Shown here: positions 39,259 to 49,013 of the stretch, piece by piece | Numbering within the stretch: the stretch's first letter is position 1 | Layout of the letters: the number at the start of each line of letters is the position of its first letter | Assembly: GCA_050633245.1 (NCBI GenBank) | Contig: JBOEGD010000007.1 | Location: forward strand, 283,624-347,623 | DNA length: 64,000 nucleotides | Direction: 5' to 3' | DNA from: Calditrichia bacterium | Lineage (GTDB): Bacteria; Calditrichota; Calditrichia; RBG-13-44-9; J075 | Program-made: the position numbers and the translations under genes | The notes under the pieces: model-generated | What the model was told of the DNA's origin: nothing | What the model saw: only the letters and a program-made list of their open reading frames with translations | Databases searched by the model: none

Positions 39259-40239
39259 TTAAGCTGATTTCCTCAGAGCTGCAAGGCGATCAAAAATCTT
39301 AACAGCATGATCATGTGCATTCTCTATAAACCAGCGGCCTGTATGGAGGCCACCACAAACCACACCAGCCAGGAAGATTCCGCTGCGATTTGTCTCGAAA
39401 GTACTATCGTCATAAAGCGGGGTTTTAAAAGCGTCATCCCGCAAGTCAATTCCAAGCTTTTTCAGAAACGGATAGTCTGGCAGATATCCCGTCATCGCGA
39501 GCACAATATCATTTTCAATTGTGCGAATGCCTTCCGGTGTCTCAATATCTAGTTCGGTTTCGCGTATTTCAGTAATCCTGGAGTTAAAATATGCCGGAAG
39601 ATTGCCTTCTGCAATACGATTTTCAATATCCGGTTTCACCCAGTATTTCACCGATGGTTTTAAGCCGCTACCTCGAACAATGAGAGTAACCTCAGCGCTT
39701 CGGCGAAAGGTCTCTAACGCAACATCCACAGCGGAGTTGCCGGCACCAACAACCGCAATTTTCCGATAAGCATAGGGATGAGGTTCATCGAAGTAGTGCT
39801 TAACCTTCGGCAGGTGTTCACCAGGCACGTTTAGCAAATTAGGCGTGTCATAAAATCCCGTCGCCACAATTACTGCCCCGGCACGATAGGCAGCAGCTTC
39901 CGTTTCTACTTCAAAAGCGCCGCTGCTGCCATGAACCGTAATCACAGCTTCATTCTGCCTGATGTTTAATTTCCACGAATCACATACCCTTCGGTAATAT
40001 TCCAGGGCTTCACGCCGCGTCGGTTTATAACCATGGGAAATAAACGGCACGTCGCCGATCTCCAAGCGTTCGGAAGTCGAAAAGAAGGTCATATTTGTGG
40101 GGAAATTGAATATGGAATTTACGATACAACCTTTATCAATCATCAAATAAGAGGCGCCGCGACGCGAGGCTTCAATACCACAGGTAAACCCGACAGGACC
40201 GGCACCAATTATAACAACATCATAATATTGTGAGGGCAC
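39259..40239 (-). CDS. ypdA: YpdA-family putative bacillithiol disulfide reductase
   Basis: [53 protein letters not shown]. Confidence 0.92.
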   Translation of the reverse strand: MPSQYYDVVIIGAGPVGFTCGIEASRRGASYLMIDKGCIVNSIFNFPTNMTFFSTSERLEIGDVPFISHGYKPTRREALEYYRRVCDSWKLNIRQNEAVITVHGSSGAFEVETEAAAYRAGAVIVATGFYDTPNLLNVPGEHLPKVKHYFDEPHPYAYRKIAVVGAGNSAVDVALETFRRSAEVTLIVRGSGLKPSVKYWVKPDIENRIAEGNLPAYFNSRITEIRETELDIETPEGIRTIENDIVLAMTGYLPDYPFLKKLGIDLRDDAFKTPLYDDSTFETNRSGIFLAGVVCGGLHTGRWFIENAHDHAVKIFDRLAALRKSA

Positions 40240-40334
40240 TTGCTATCCTTCTACTAAATCGCTTAAATCATACGATCAGGCAGCTCCTGATCGGTCTACA
40301 ATTAAGCGGCTATCTTTAATAAAAGCAAGTTTTT

Positions 40335-40991
40335 TTAGCGAGGGATCAGCAGTGCAGCCCATTTACTATTTAACGTCTGCACACCGGGCTCTTCCAGGGA
40401 TAGTGCGGGTCCTTCCGGCTTGCCAAAAACGGCAGAAAGCGGATACTCAGCTTCCTTACGGGTTTCATTAAGAGTGTTCTTGTAGTGCCATTTTCCCTCG
40501 ATATACTCGAAGTTGATCCGCACCTGATTTCCTGTTGCCTGCAGATTGCTCTTATAGCAGCTGGTTTTGTGTGCACTTTCTACAGCCTTTTCAGCGCTAC
40601 TCCAACCCGCCGGCAATCCCAGCATTGTAGCACCTTTGGTATCGCCACAGGAGCGATTGGTTTTTTTGGAGAGGCTGAGCGTAATACTGGCGAGAAAAGG
40701 GAGTCGCTCATCACCGGTAGAATTCACCACATAGTGAACTTCTTTACAGGTATACTCTATCACATATGCAGCATATCCCTGCTTGGCTTTTTTTAGCTTG
40801 TGTGCATAAAGCAATTTTTGCTTCGTTTCGAAAAAAGCGGCAAAGTTTTCTACAATGCTTTCAAACTGTGCTTCAACCCGTGCAAGCTGTTGTTTCATCT
40901 CGACTGGAATTTCCTCAACAGCCTCATCCTGCGCAACTGCTGTTGTAGTTGAAAATACGAGAAGACAAACAATATAGAGCAACCATTTCAT
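40335..40991 (-). CDS. Hypothetical secreted protein
   Basis: 218 aa, signal peptide ending AVA-Q, GAGG RBS; no family recognised. Confidence 0.7.
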   Translation of the reverse strand: MKWLLYIVCLLVFSTTTAVAQDEAVEEIPVEMKQQLARVEAQFESIVENFAAFFETKQKLLYAHKLKKAKQGYAAYVIEYTCKEVHYVVNSTGDERLPFLASITLSLSKKTNRSCGDTKGATMLGLPAGWSSAEKAVESAHKTSCYKSNLQATGNQVRINFEYIEGKWHYKNTLNETRKEAEYPLSAVFGKPEGPALSLEEPGVQTLNSKWAALLIPR

Positions 40992-41138
40992 GACAACCTC
41001 ACCACGTTGGAGTTTGCGGCACGCTTTTCGGGCGACTTTTGTGCCAGACTCAATATAGATGAGGGTAAGGTTTTAAAACTGTAATTTGTCACATATTCAT
41101 TGTTAAACTTTAGCGCCCGAGAAGATAGGCATAACCAA

Positions 41139-42554
41139 TTAGGGAAAAATTCCCAGTTCCAGATAGGTAACTGCAATCCGGTTGATCGAGTTAACAAAAG
41201 CAGCGGTTCTAAGCGGCATGGCCCCACCATGCAGCTCGCGTGTCTCCCGCACTTCGTGATAGGCATTTATCATTGTTTCTTCAAGACCAGAATTTACCAA
41301 ATCAATTTCATCTCCACCTTTTACAATTTCATTGACAATCGATTCCGGTAACTTCTTGCCGCCTATTTCTTCAAGCAACTCGACAATTCGAGTATTCACG
41401 TTCTCGGTAAAACGCTTGTTCATGCGACCAAAGCGAATATGAGAGAGGTTTTTTAGCCATTCGAAATAAGATACTGTTACGCCGCCGGCATTTAGGTACA
41501 TGTCGGGAAGAATAACTTTTCCGGCAGCAATCAACATATCACTGGCATCGGCAGTGATTGGTCCGTTTGCTGCCTCTGCAAGAATTTTTGCTTTAATCCG
41601 CGGCGCATTTTCTTTGGTAATTACATTTTCCAGTGCGGCTGGAACCAGAACATCGCATTCCAGCTCGAGTGCTTCAGCTGAATTCGCCAGGTTCGTTGAC
41701 CCGGGGAAATCGAGAATCGACTCGGATTCCTTGCGATGTTTGACAACAGCATCAACATCGAGTCCCTTGGAGCTGTATATTGCACCTTCGTATTCAGCAA
41801 CACCGACAATTAGAGCGCCGCCTTCTTGTAAAAATTTAGCAGCATGATAGCCAACATTACCAAGTCCCTGAACAACAATTCGCTTTCCATCCAATCCTTT
41901 TTCCAGACCCAACTTTTTCATGTCTTCTTCAATGCTCACAGCTTCCCGAATACCGAAGAAAACACCGCGACCAGTTGCTTCCATGCGACCATGTACGCCC
42001 CCCTGCGAGATGGGTTTACCGGTAACACAAGCCATCGCGTCCAGCTTACTTTCGGTCATTGCTGTATAGGTGTCAGCAATCCAAGCCATTTCCTGCGGTC
42101 CGGTTCCATAATCCGGGGCTGGTACATCGATTCCCGGGCCAATAAAGTTCTTTTGAATAAGCTCGTAGGCATATCTGCGAGTCAGGCGTTCGCGTTCGGT
42201 TTTGGAATACTTCCAGGTGGAGATTTTGATACCGCCTTTCGCCCCACCGAACGGAACATCCACAAGCGCACACTTGTAGGTCATCAGTGCTGCAAGCGCC
42301 ATCACTTCATCTTCATTAACATTAGCGGCATAACGAATGCCCCCTTTTACCGGAGTGCTATGATGGCTGTGCTCGGCACGCCAGGCGTCAATCACTTCAA
42401 TGGTTCCATCATCTTTAACCAGGGGGAAGGTCATATGATAAACACTATTGCAAATTTTAATCTGATTCAGCAGTCCGGCAGAATGTTTAGTAAAAGAAGC
42501 GGCCTTATCAAAATTTTGATTTACTTGATCAAAGAACTTGATATCATTGGACAT
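41139..42554 (-). CDS. gdhA: Glutamate dehydrogenase (Glu/Leu/Phe/Val family)
   Basis: KGGIRY, VPFGGAKGG, DVPAPD, ATGRG, QGLGNVG, NAGGVTVSYFEW. Confidence 0.96.
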   Translation of the reverse strand: MSNDIKFFDQVNQNFDKAASFTKHSAGLLNQIKICNSVYHMTFPLVKDDGTIEVIDAWRAEHSHHSTPVKGGIRYAANVNEDEVMALAALMTYKCALVDVPFGGAKGGIKISTWKYSKTERERLTRRYAYELIQKNFIGPGIDVPAPDYGTGPQEMAWIADTYTAMTESKLDAMACVTGKPISQGGVHGRMEATGRGVFFGIREAVSIEEDMKKLGLEKGLDGKRIVVQGLGNVGYHAAKFLQEGGALIVGVAEYEGAIYSSKGLDVDAVVKHRKESESILDFPGSTNLANSAEALELECDVLVPAALENVITKENAPRIKAKILAEAANGPITADASDMLIAAGKVILPDMYLNAGGVTVSYFEWLKNLSHIRFGRMNKRFTENVNTRIVELLEEIGGKKLPESIVNEIVKGGDEIDLVNSGLEETMINAYHEVRETRELHGGAMPLRTAAFVNSINRIAVTYLELGIFP

Positions 42555-42628
42555 GTATTGACCTCCGGGTTCTTACAGTAAAATGGGATCTGGAAGTTAT
42601 TATCGTCAGGAAAATGATTAATAATAGC

Positions 42629-42657
42629 AAATTCCCGAAGCCTGGCTCCGGGAATTT
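42629..42657 (-). terminator. Stem-loop after sdhB
   Basis: AAATTCCCG...CGGGAATTT inverted repeat. Confidence 0.6.
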
Positions 42658-42684
42658 ACAAATAAAGCACTGCGTAGTACTAAT

Positions 42685-43428
42685 TTAGCTGCTAAACATG
42701 CTCTTCGCATATTCGCGACGCATTGTAGCAATATTTTTAATTGAAATACCTTTCGGGCAGACGGCCTCACATTCCCCATGATTTGAACAACTGCCAAACC
42801 CTTCAGCATCCATCTGGTCTACCATGCGTTGCGCGCGACGATTGCGCTCAGGGTCGCCTTGTGGAAGGAAGGTATATTGCGAGACTTTTGCACCAACAAA
42901 CAAGGCTGCCGATGCGTTGGGACATGCTGCAACACAGGCACCGCAACCGATACAGACAGCCGCATCCATAGCTTCATCTGCCAGCTCTTTCGAGATGGGC
43001 ATGGCGTTACCATCCGGGGCATTACCGGTGTTGACTGAGACATAACCGCCTGCACCAATAATACGATCGAAAGATGAGCGATCGACTACAAGATCTTTAA
43101 CAATCGGAAAGGCTGTTGCGCGCCATGGCTCGATAGTAATCGTATCACCATCCTTAAAACTACGCATGTGCAGCTGACATGTTGTGGTGCGTTCATTTGG
43201 TCCGTGAGCTGTTCCACCGATAACCATACTACACATGCCGCAGATGCCTTCGCGACAGTCATGGTCAAATTCTATTGGCTCTTTACCAGAGTTAATTAAC
43301 TTTTCATTTAGAAGATCTATCATTTCCAGAAACGACATATCTTCCGAAATATCATCGATAGTGTAGTCAACCATCTTTCCAGTGGCGTCAGGGCTTGCTT
43401 GTCGCCATACCGATAGATTTAGTCGCAT
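42685..43428 (-). CDS. sdhB: Succinate dehydrogenase / fumarate reductase iron-sulfur subunit
   Basis: [33 protein letters not shown]. Confidence 0.96.
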   Translation of the reverse strand: MRLNLSVWRQASPDATGKMVDYTIDDISEDMSFLEMIDLLNEKLINSGKEPIEFDHDCREGICGMCSMVIGGTAHGPNERTTTCQLHMRSFKDGDTITIEPWRATAFPIVKDLVVDRSSFDRIIGAGGYVSVNTGNAPDGNAMPISKELADEAMDAAVCIGCGACVAACPNASAALFVGAKVSQYTFLPQGDPERNRRAQRMVDQMDAEGFGSCSNHGECEAVCPKGISIKNIATMRREYAKSMFSS

Positions 43429-43475
43429 AAGATTCTCCTTATATCGCGCGAGGGAATTGAATAATTCCCAAGACG

Positions 43476-45410
43476 CTATTTATAGCTTCTCTGTGTCAAT
43501 TTCACATTATCGAATTCCAGTTCTTCACGGTGGCGCTCCGGAGCTTCATTCTCTCCTTTGAATTCCCACGCAGCAACATGAGTAAAGTCTTCATCATTGC
43601 GTTTCGCTTCGCCTTCCGCCGTCTGATACTCCTCGCGGAAGTGTCCGCCACAGGATTCTTCCCTTGTCAGCGCATCACGTGCCATCAGCTCTCCTAATTC
43701 AATAAAATCGGCCACGCGTCCGGCTTCTTCCAGATTCTTATTTAGAATCGTGCCGTGTCCCGGAACATTTACGTTTTTCCAAAATTCCTCTTTCAGAGCA
43801 GAAATTGAAGAAATCGCCTCTTCTAAACCTTTACGGTTGCGAGACATACCAACGTGATCCCACATAATCTGACCAAGTTCACGGTGATACTGTAGAACGC
43901 TGCGCTTGCCTTTAATGCCAAGCAATCTTTCTACACGCTCATTGGTTTCTTTTTCCGGCTGATCGAAAACGCTGTCTTCAGTGCCGATATCAGGTAAGTC
44001 GGTATTACCCAAGTAATCTCCAATTGTATAAGGAAGCACAAAATAGCCATCTGCAAGCCCCTGCATCAGGGCACTCGCGCCAAGGCGGTTTGCTCCGTGG
44101 TCAGAAAAGTTTGCTTCACCAAGCACATACAGTCCCGGAATATTGCTCATGAGATTGTAGTCGACCCACAATCCGCCCATTGTATAGTGAACCGCAGGGA
44201 AGATGCGCATGGGGCGCTGATACGGGTTTTCACCGGTAATGCGCTCATACATTTCAAAAAGGTTGCCATAGCGATCGCGAATTGCAGGTTCACCGTCGCG
44301 CTTAATCGCGTCGGCAAAGTCCAGAAAAACGGCTAGTCCGGTATCACCTACGCCACGCCCTTCATCGCATACAGACTTCGCATTGCGAGAAGCAACATCA
44401 CGCGGTACCAGGTTGCCAAAAGAAGGATAGCGATTTTCAAGATAATAATCGCGTTCGCTGTCCGGTATATCAGAAGCAAGTCGCTTATCGCCTTTGGCTT
44501 TGGGCACCCAAACGCGTCCGTCATTTCGCAAGCTTTCACTCATCAGCGTAAGTTTGGACTGGAATTCCCCCGAGACCGGAATACAAGTCGGGTGAATTTG
44601 CGTATAGCACGGATTGGCAAATAGCGCACCACGCTTATAAGCACGCCAGGCGGCAGTTACGTTAGAGTTACGGGCATTTGTAGAGAGAAAGTATACATTG
44701 CCATATCCACCCGAGCACATAACCACTGCATGTCCGCTATAGCGTTCGACCTTGCCATTGATAAGGTTTCGCACGATAATACCACGTGCCTTGCCGTCTG
44801 CAAGAACGACATCAAGCATTTCTCGACGGGTATAAAGCTTTACATTGCCCTTATCTACCTGCCGCATCATAGCGCCATAGGCTCCCAACAGCAGCTGCTG
44901 TCCGGTTTGGCCGCGGGCATAGAACGTTCGCGATACCAGGACACCGCCAAACGAGCGGTTAGCCAACAGACCACCGTAGTCACGGGCAAAGGGAACGCCC
45001 TGAGCGACACATTGATCAATAATATTTGCACTTGTCTGAGCCAGACGATAGACATTGGCTTCGCGAGCACGAAAATCGCCTCCTTTTACCGTATCATAAA
45101 AGAGCCTGTAAACGCTATCGTTATCATTTTGATAGTTTTTGGCGGCGTTGATGCCACCCTGCGCGGCAATGCTGTGAGCACGTCGCGGTGAATCCTGAAT
45201 ACAAAAGACGTGGACGCGATAACCCAGCTCGGCCAGAGATGCAGCAGCAGAAGCACCGGCAAGACCGGTTCCAACCACAATTACATCATACTTACGCTTG
45301 TTGTTTGGACTTACAACCTTCACGTTCATTTTATGCTGATCCCATTTGGTCTCTATCGGACCTTCCGGGATTTTGCTGTCCAGAAAGCGGTGTTTACCGT
45401 TTTCACTCAT
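43476..45410 (-). CDS. sdhA: Succinate dehydrogenase / fumarate reductase flavoprotein
   Basis: [34 protein letters not shown]. Confidence 0.97.
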   Translation of the reverse strand: MSENGKHRFLDSKIPEGPIETKWDQHKMNVKVVSPNNKRKYDVIVVGTGLAGASAAASLAELGYRVHVFCIQDSPRRAHSIAAQGGINAAKNYQNDNDSVYRLFYDTVKGGDFRAREANVYRLAQTSANIIDQCVAQGVPFARDYGGLLANRSFGGVLVSRTFYARGQTGQQLLLGAYGAMMRQVDKGNVKLYTRREMLDVVLADGKARGIIVRNLINGKVERYSGHAVVMCSGGYGNVYFLSTNARNSNVTAAWRAYKRGALFANPCYTQIHPTCIPVSGEFQSKLTLMSESLRNDGRVWVPKAKGDKRLASDIPDSERDYYLENRYPSFGNLVPRDVASRNAKSVCDEGRGVGDTGLAVFLDFADAIKRDGEPAIRDRYGNLFEMYERITGENPYQRPMRIFPAVHYTMGGLWVDYNLMSNIPGLYVLGEANFSDHGANRLGASALMQGLADGYFVLPYTIGDYLGNTDLPDIGTEDSVFDQPEKETNERVERLLGIKGKRSVLQYHRELGQIMWDHVGMSRNRKGLEEAISSISALKEEFWKNVNVPGHGTILNKNLEEAGRVADFIELGELMARDALTREESCGGHFREEYQTAEGEAKRNDEDFTHVAAWEFKGENEAPERHREELEFDNVKLTQRSYK

Positions 45411-45437
45411 ATCATTAACCTCCGAGAGATGTTATTG

Positions 45438-46115
45438 TCACGAAAAAAAGACATATAGTGGAACGCCGACAAACCCAATGGTTACCAGAATGGCAAAGGC
45501 GATTCCGGTCGAGTAAATCTGCTTGGAAAATCTGGGATGGTTTGCTCCAAGCGATTGAAATGCGCTCCAAAATCCATGTCTGAGATGCCATCCAAGCAAC
45601 AACATTATTACAACATAGCCAAAGGTATACATCGGATCTTTAAACGTCTCATCTACAAGTTTGAATAAATCACGCATTTCTACGCCATTGACGACGGTGG
45701 TGTAGTAGGGTCCCCATTTAAACGTAATAAGATGCATAACTAAAAATGCCAACATGAGAATACCAGTATAGATCATACTGGTTGAAGAGCTCGACTTATA
45801 GCTGGCTCCACCGGCATCACGCACATTTGCATAACCAGAAGGACGCGCATTACGATTGTGAAGCGTTACGGAAATTGCCATATAGGCATGAAAAACGAAA
45901 GCCGCGAGTAAGACCAGTTCAATCGCATAAAGAGCCGGCCCAAGACTTATGAGCGTGTGCGAATACAAATTGAACGCATCAGAGCTAACCAGGAAGGTTA
46001 AATTACCCAGCATGTGGACAAATACAAATCCGGTAATTGCTAAACCGGTAATTGCCGCCACAAACTTCTTACCAATAGTAGAATTCAACGAAGTAAGAAT
46101 CGATTTAGAAGCCAT
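45438..46115 (-). CDS. sdhC: Succinate dehydrogenase cytochrome b subunit
   Basis: SSTIGKK-like start, HMLGN, H..HGFWSAFQSLG; five TM helices with His ligands. Confidence 0.93.
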   Translation of the reverse strand: MASKSILTSLNSTIGKKFVAAITGLAITGFVFVHMLGNLTFLVSSDAFNLYSHTLISLGPALYAIELVLLAAFVFHAYMAISVTLHNRNARPSGYANVRDAGGASYKSSSSTSMIYTGILMLAFLVMHLITFKWGPYYTTVVNGVEMRDLFKLVDETFKDPMYTFGYVVIMLLLGWHLRHGFWSAFQSLGANHPRFSKQIYSTGIAFAILVTIGFVGVPLYVFFS

Positions 46116-46351
46116 AGTTTATCTATTTATCCCCTCTTTTGATGATTTGATATATAGAGTAGTGCAATAATTGTTTTGGGCTGGCGATCTTAATTCAACA
46201 TGATATGCTATAAAATAGTGGCTTTTCTTGCGGGGTTCGTCGGGCATAGCGGGTAGGGGTTCATTCATTAGAAGATGCCTGTAAACGTTTGGTAAGAGCC
46301 GATCGCAGAATGCATAGATTGCAGAGTAATATGAACTCTTTATCTGTTGAT

Positions 46352-46380
46352 TAATTAACGCTTTGGCCGCACAAAATCAA
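46352..46380 (-). promoter_or_regulatory. Putative sdhCAB promoter
   Basis: TTGATT-17 bp-TAATTA on the minus strand, implying a leader of about 230 nt. Confidence 0.35.
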
Positions 46381-46424
46381 GGACTTTAGTAAATTTGTGC
46401 CAGCAAAATCAAATTAAAAAACAC

Positions 46425-46453
46425 TTGTTATCTCAGCTCTCGTGCAATAACTT
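46425..46453 (+). promoter_or_regulatory. Putative secG promoter
   Basis: TTGTTA-17 bp-TAACTT. Confidence 0.5.
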
Positions 46454-46514
46454 TTGCGACTGTTTAATAATGAGGCATTTTCGACATGTCTCGTGAAAAG
46501 TTGAGGTTTATTCT

Positions 46515-46886
46515 ATGTATGCATTCTTGATGGTACTTTTTGTTCTTGTAGCTATACTTTTGGTTGTGGTTATACTTCTGCAATCCAGTAAAGGTGGATT
46601 GGCCGGAACTTTCGGTGGAGCCGGTGGTGGACCTGGTGGCGTTTTGGGATCACGAGGTGCAGCAAACGCTCTTTCGAAGGCGACTATTGCACTCGGAATT
46701 ATCTTTGCATTGCTATGTTTTGGCATCAATAAGCTTGGCGGAGCCGGTGAAGGCACTCAACAGAGCGTCACACAGGAAGAGTTGAATCAGCAGCCTTCAA
46801 CACAGTTGCCTTCAACAACAATTCCCCAAACAGCTCCCCCTGCCGCAACACCTCCTCCGACAACTCCGGAAAGCGACGATAACTAG
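46515..46886 (+). CDS. secG: Preprotein translocase subunit SecG
   Basis: ILLQSSKGGLAGTFGG, two TM helices, followed by tRNA-Leu (common synteny). Confidence 0.95.
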   Translation: MYAFLMVLFVLVAILLVVVILLQSSKGGLAGTFGGAGGGPGGVLGSRGAANALSKATIALGIIFALLCFGINKLGGAGEGTQQSVTQEELNQQPSTQLPSTTIPQTAPPAATPPPTTPESDDN

Positions 46887-46897
46887 ACATCAACTCT

Positions 46898-46981
46898 GCT
46901 GAAGTGGTGGAACTGGTAGACACGCTATCTTGAGGGGGTAGTGGGCTAACGCTCGTGCGGGTTCGAGTCCCGCCTTCAGCA
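46898..46981 (+). tRNA. tRNA-Leu(GAG)
   Basis: Acceptor GCTGAAG/CTTCAGC-A; anticodon arm CTATC-TTGAGGG-GGTAG; long variable arm; GGTTCGAGTCC; CCA not encoded. Confidence 0.96.
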
Positions 46982-46984
46982 CAG

Positions 46985-47010
46985 AAATCCCGGCCACGGC
47001 CGGGATTTTT
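46985..47010 (+). terminator. Intrinsic terminator after tRNA-Leu
   Basis: AAATCCCGGCC-AC-GGCCGGGATTTTT. Confidence 0.85.
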
Positions 47011-47030
47011 ATTTATCGGGAAGGAAAACA

Positions 47031-47735
47031 GTGAAGTTTACGACAGCAGTAAATACAATCCGCGAGCGTCTGGAAGACCACGTCCCCAAACGGTTATCTA
47101 TTGACTCCTTTATTCCAGCTGCCGTAACCATCCCCATATTCGAGAAAAATGGAAAGCCGCATATGCTACTCACATTGCGGGCCGATACTGTTGAGCATCA
47201 TAAGGGTCAAGTCTCCTTTCCCGGTGGTGCATGGGAGCCACACGACACGTCCATAGAACAGACTGCACTCCGGGAAACAGATGAAGAAGTCGGCATTCCT
47301 CCTTCCATGACGCGTGTAATCGGCCAACTGGATGATTTTCCAACCATATCCGATTTTATCATAACGCCATTTGTTACAACAATCCCCTACCCTTTTCCAA
47401 CAGACGTGAATCCTGATGAGGTAGCGAAGTTACTGGAAGTGCCGTTCGATTTATTTTTAACTGACTCGCATTTTGAGGCTAAAATAAAGCGCTATAAGAA
47501 TACTGAATACCCAGTCTATTATTACTACTTTGAAGATACCATCATTTGGGGAATTACCGGTTTTATCATCAACCGCTTCGTCGAAATGACGTTTGGGTAT
47601 AATCCTGCTCCGCAGAGCATTTCTGCCGATCCGCGTATCCCGGATTATCTGCGTGACAATGTTATTAAACTAGGGATAAGAAATCAGGAGAGTAAAAGAA
47701 CCGAGAATCACAAAGAAAGTAAAAAAACTTCTTGA
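47031..47735 (+). CDS. Nudix hydrolase, CoA pyrophosphatase family
   Basis: LLTLR...HKGQVSFPGG, ALRETDEEVGI, IWGITG. Confidence 0.92.
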   Translation: MKFTTAVNTIRERLEDHVPKRLSIDSFIPAAVTIPIFEKNGKPHMLLTLRADTVEHHKGQVSFPGGAWEPHDTSIEQTALRETDEEVGIPPSMTRVIGQLDDFPTISDFIITPFVTTIPYPFPTDVNPDEVAKLLEVPFDLFLTDSHFEAKIKRYKNTEYPVYYYYFEDTIIWGITGFIINRFVEMTFGYNPAPQSISADPRIPDYLRDNVIKLGIRNQESKRTENHKESKKTS

Positions 47736-47760
47736 TTCCGCAGACAATGCAGACTATTTT
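47732..47760 (+). promoter_or_regulatory. Promoter of tRNA-Ser
   Basis: TTGATT-17 bp-TATTTT(TG). Confidence 0.6.
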
Positions 47761-47784
47761 TGATGCCTGAAATTATTGACTTCC

Positions 47785-47872
47785 GGAGAGGTGGCCGAGC
47801 GGCTGAAGGCGCTCCCCTGCTAAGGGAGTATGGGTTAATAGCTCATCGAGGGTTCGAATCCCTCCCTCTCCG
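47785..47872 (+). tRNA. tRNA-Ser(GCT)
   Basis: Acceptor GGAGAGG/CCTCTCC-G; anticodon arm CTCCC-CTGCTAA-GGGAG; long variable arm; GGTTCGAATCC; CCA not encoded. Confidence 0.96.
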
Positions 47873-47873
47873 C

Positions 47874-47910
47874 AACGTGGCGTAGGACTATCCTGCGCCA
47901 CGTTTTTTTT
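47874..47910 (+). terminator. Intrinsic terminator after tRNA-Ser
   Basis: ACGTGGCGTAGGA-CTA-TCCTGCGCCACGT followed by a T-run. Confidence 0.9.
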
Positions 47911-48066
47911 GCTCCAAACGCGAGTTTCTAGTCCTGCCATGCCGGTTTGCCTAAACCTATGCTCAATAGCCACTATCAGCGAAACTGATTGCTTTGAAAA
48001 GAAATTATTCGCACTATTAGTAAATACTATAACTATTAAAACCTTATATAATTTGCTTATACCACT

Positions 48067-48999
48067 ATGACCATTCAACAGCTTGAATACATCGTCGCCG
48101 TATACCGTGAGGGAAGCTTTACCAAAGCCGCCGAGACCTGCTCTGTAACTCAGCCGACACTCAGCATGCAAATTCAAAAGCTGGAAGAAGAACTCAGCGT
48201 AATTTTATTCGACAGAAGTAAAAAGCCATTGCGCGCTACCGAAATCGGTGAAGAAATAATTGCACAGGCCCAAAGCAATATCCGCGGTATGGAACGCATA
48301 AGAGAACTGATTGACAATAAGAACCAGACCCTCAGCGGTGACCTGCGCATCGGAATTATTCCAACATTAACTCCTTATTTGCTGCCCCTTTTCCTGGGCT
48401 CATTCATTAAGAATTATCCCAACGTCAACTTGATTATTGAAGAGCAAATTTCCGAGAAGATCATAAGCAATTTACGTCAAGAAAAGCTGGACGTTGGGCT
48501 AATGGCATCCATAAAGACCCAGCAGCCCATTAAAGAAATTCCGCTCTTTTACGAGTCTTTCGTTGCTTACATCTCGGCGGGACATCCACTAAGTGAACAG
48601 AAGTTTCTTAGCGTTAAAGATTTGAATGTAAACGAGATGTTACTACTGGAGGAAGGTCATTGTTTTCGCGATCAAATGTTGAGAATTTGCTCTGAACAAC
48701 GTGACAGCAGCCAGAAATCGGCGCTCATTTTTGAGAGTGGTAGCTTGGAGACGCTAAAGAACCTTATTGAGAAAGATTTTGGCTACACCCTGCTGCCGGC
48801 ATTGGCGATCCAAAACTTATCCGTTAGGCAAAAGAAGCTGGTACGTGAATTGGGGCACCCACGCCCGGTTCGGCAAATTAGCCTTATTATGCATCGCGAT
48901 GTGCTAAAGCAACGTATGATCACTGCTTTAAGAGAAGAAATATTAGGTAGTATTCCCGAGAGCCTTAAGAAGGCCGCGAACAACAGCATCGTTTACTAA
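48067..48999 (+). CDS. oxyR: Hydrogen peroxide-inducible LysR regulator
   Basis: LysR HTH (VTQPTLSMQIQKLEEEL); redox motif LLEEGHCFRDQMLRIC; GSLETL. Confidence 0.93.
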   Translation: MTIQQLEYIVAVYREGSFTKAAETCSVTQPTLSMQIQKLEEELSVILFDRSKKPLRATEIGEEIIAQAQSNIRGMERIRELIDNKNQTLSGDLRIGIIPTLTPYLLPLFLGSFIKNYPNVNLIIEEQISEKIISNLRQEKLDVGLMASIKTQQPIKEIPLFYESFVAYISAGHPLSEQKFLSVKDLNVNEMLLLEEGHCFRDQMLRICSEQRDSSQKSALIFESGSLETLKNLIEKDFGYTLLPALAIQNLSVRQKKLVRELGHPRPVRQISLIMHRDVLKQRMITALREEILGSIPESLKKAANNSIVY

Positions 49000-49013
49000 A
49001 TTTCTACCTAAAG

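Noticed and set aside
41844-42581. 245-aa plus-strand ORF
   Set aside because: Lies antisense to gdhA with no recognisable motifs; a codon-bias shadow ORF.
46116-46270. About 49-codon ORF in the sdhC leader
   Set aside because: No RBS and no recognisable features; likely chance.
46898-47910. tRNA genes as integration sites for an island
   Set aside because: No integrase and no duplicated tRNA 3' end seen; flanking genes are housekeeping.
47773-48177. 134-aa minus-strand ORF
   Set aside because: Antisense to tRNA-Ser and the start of oxyR; the GEGGIRTL stretch is a reverse-read tRNA.
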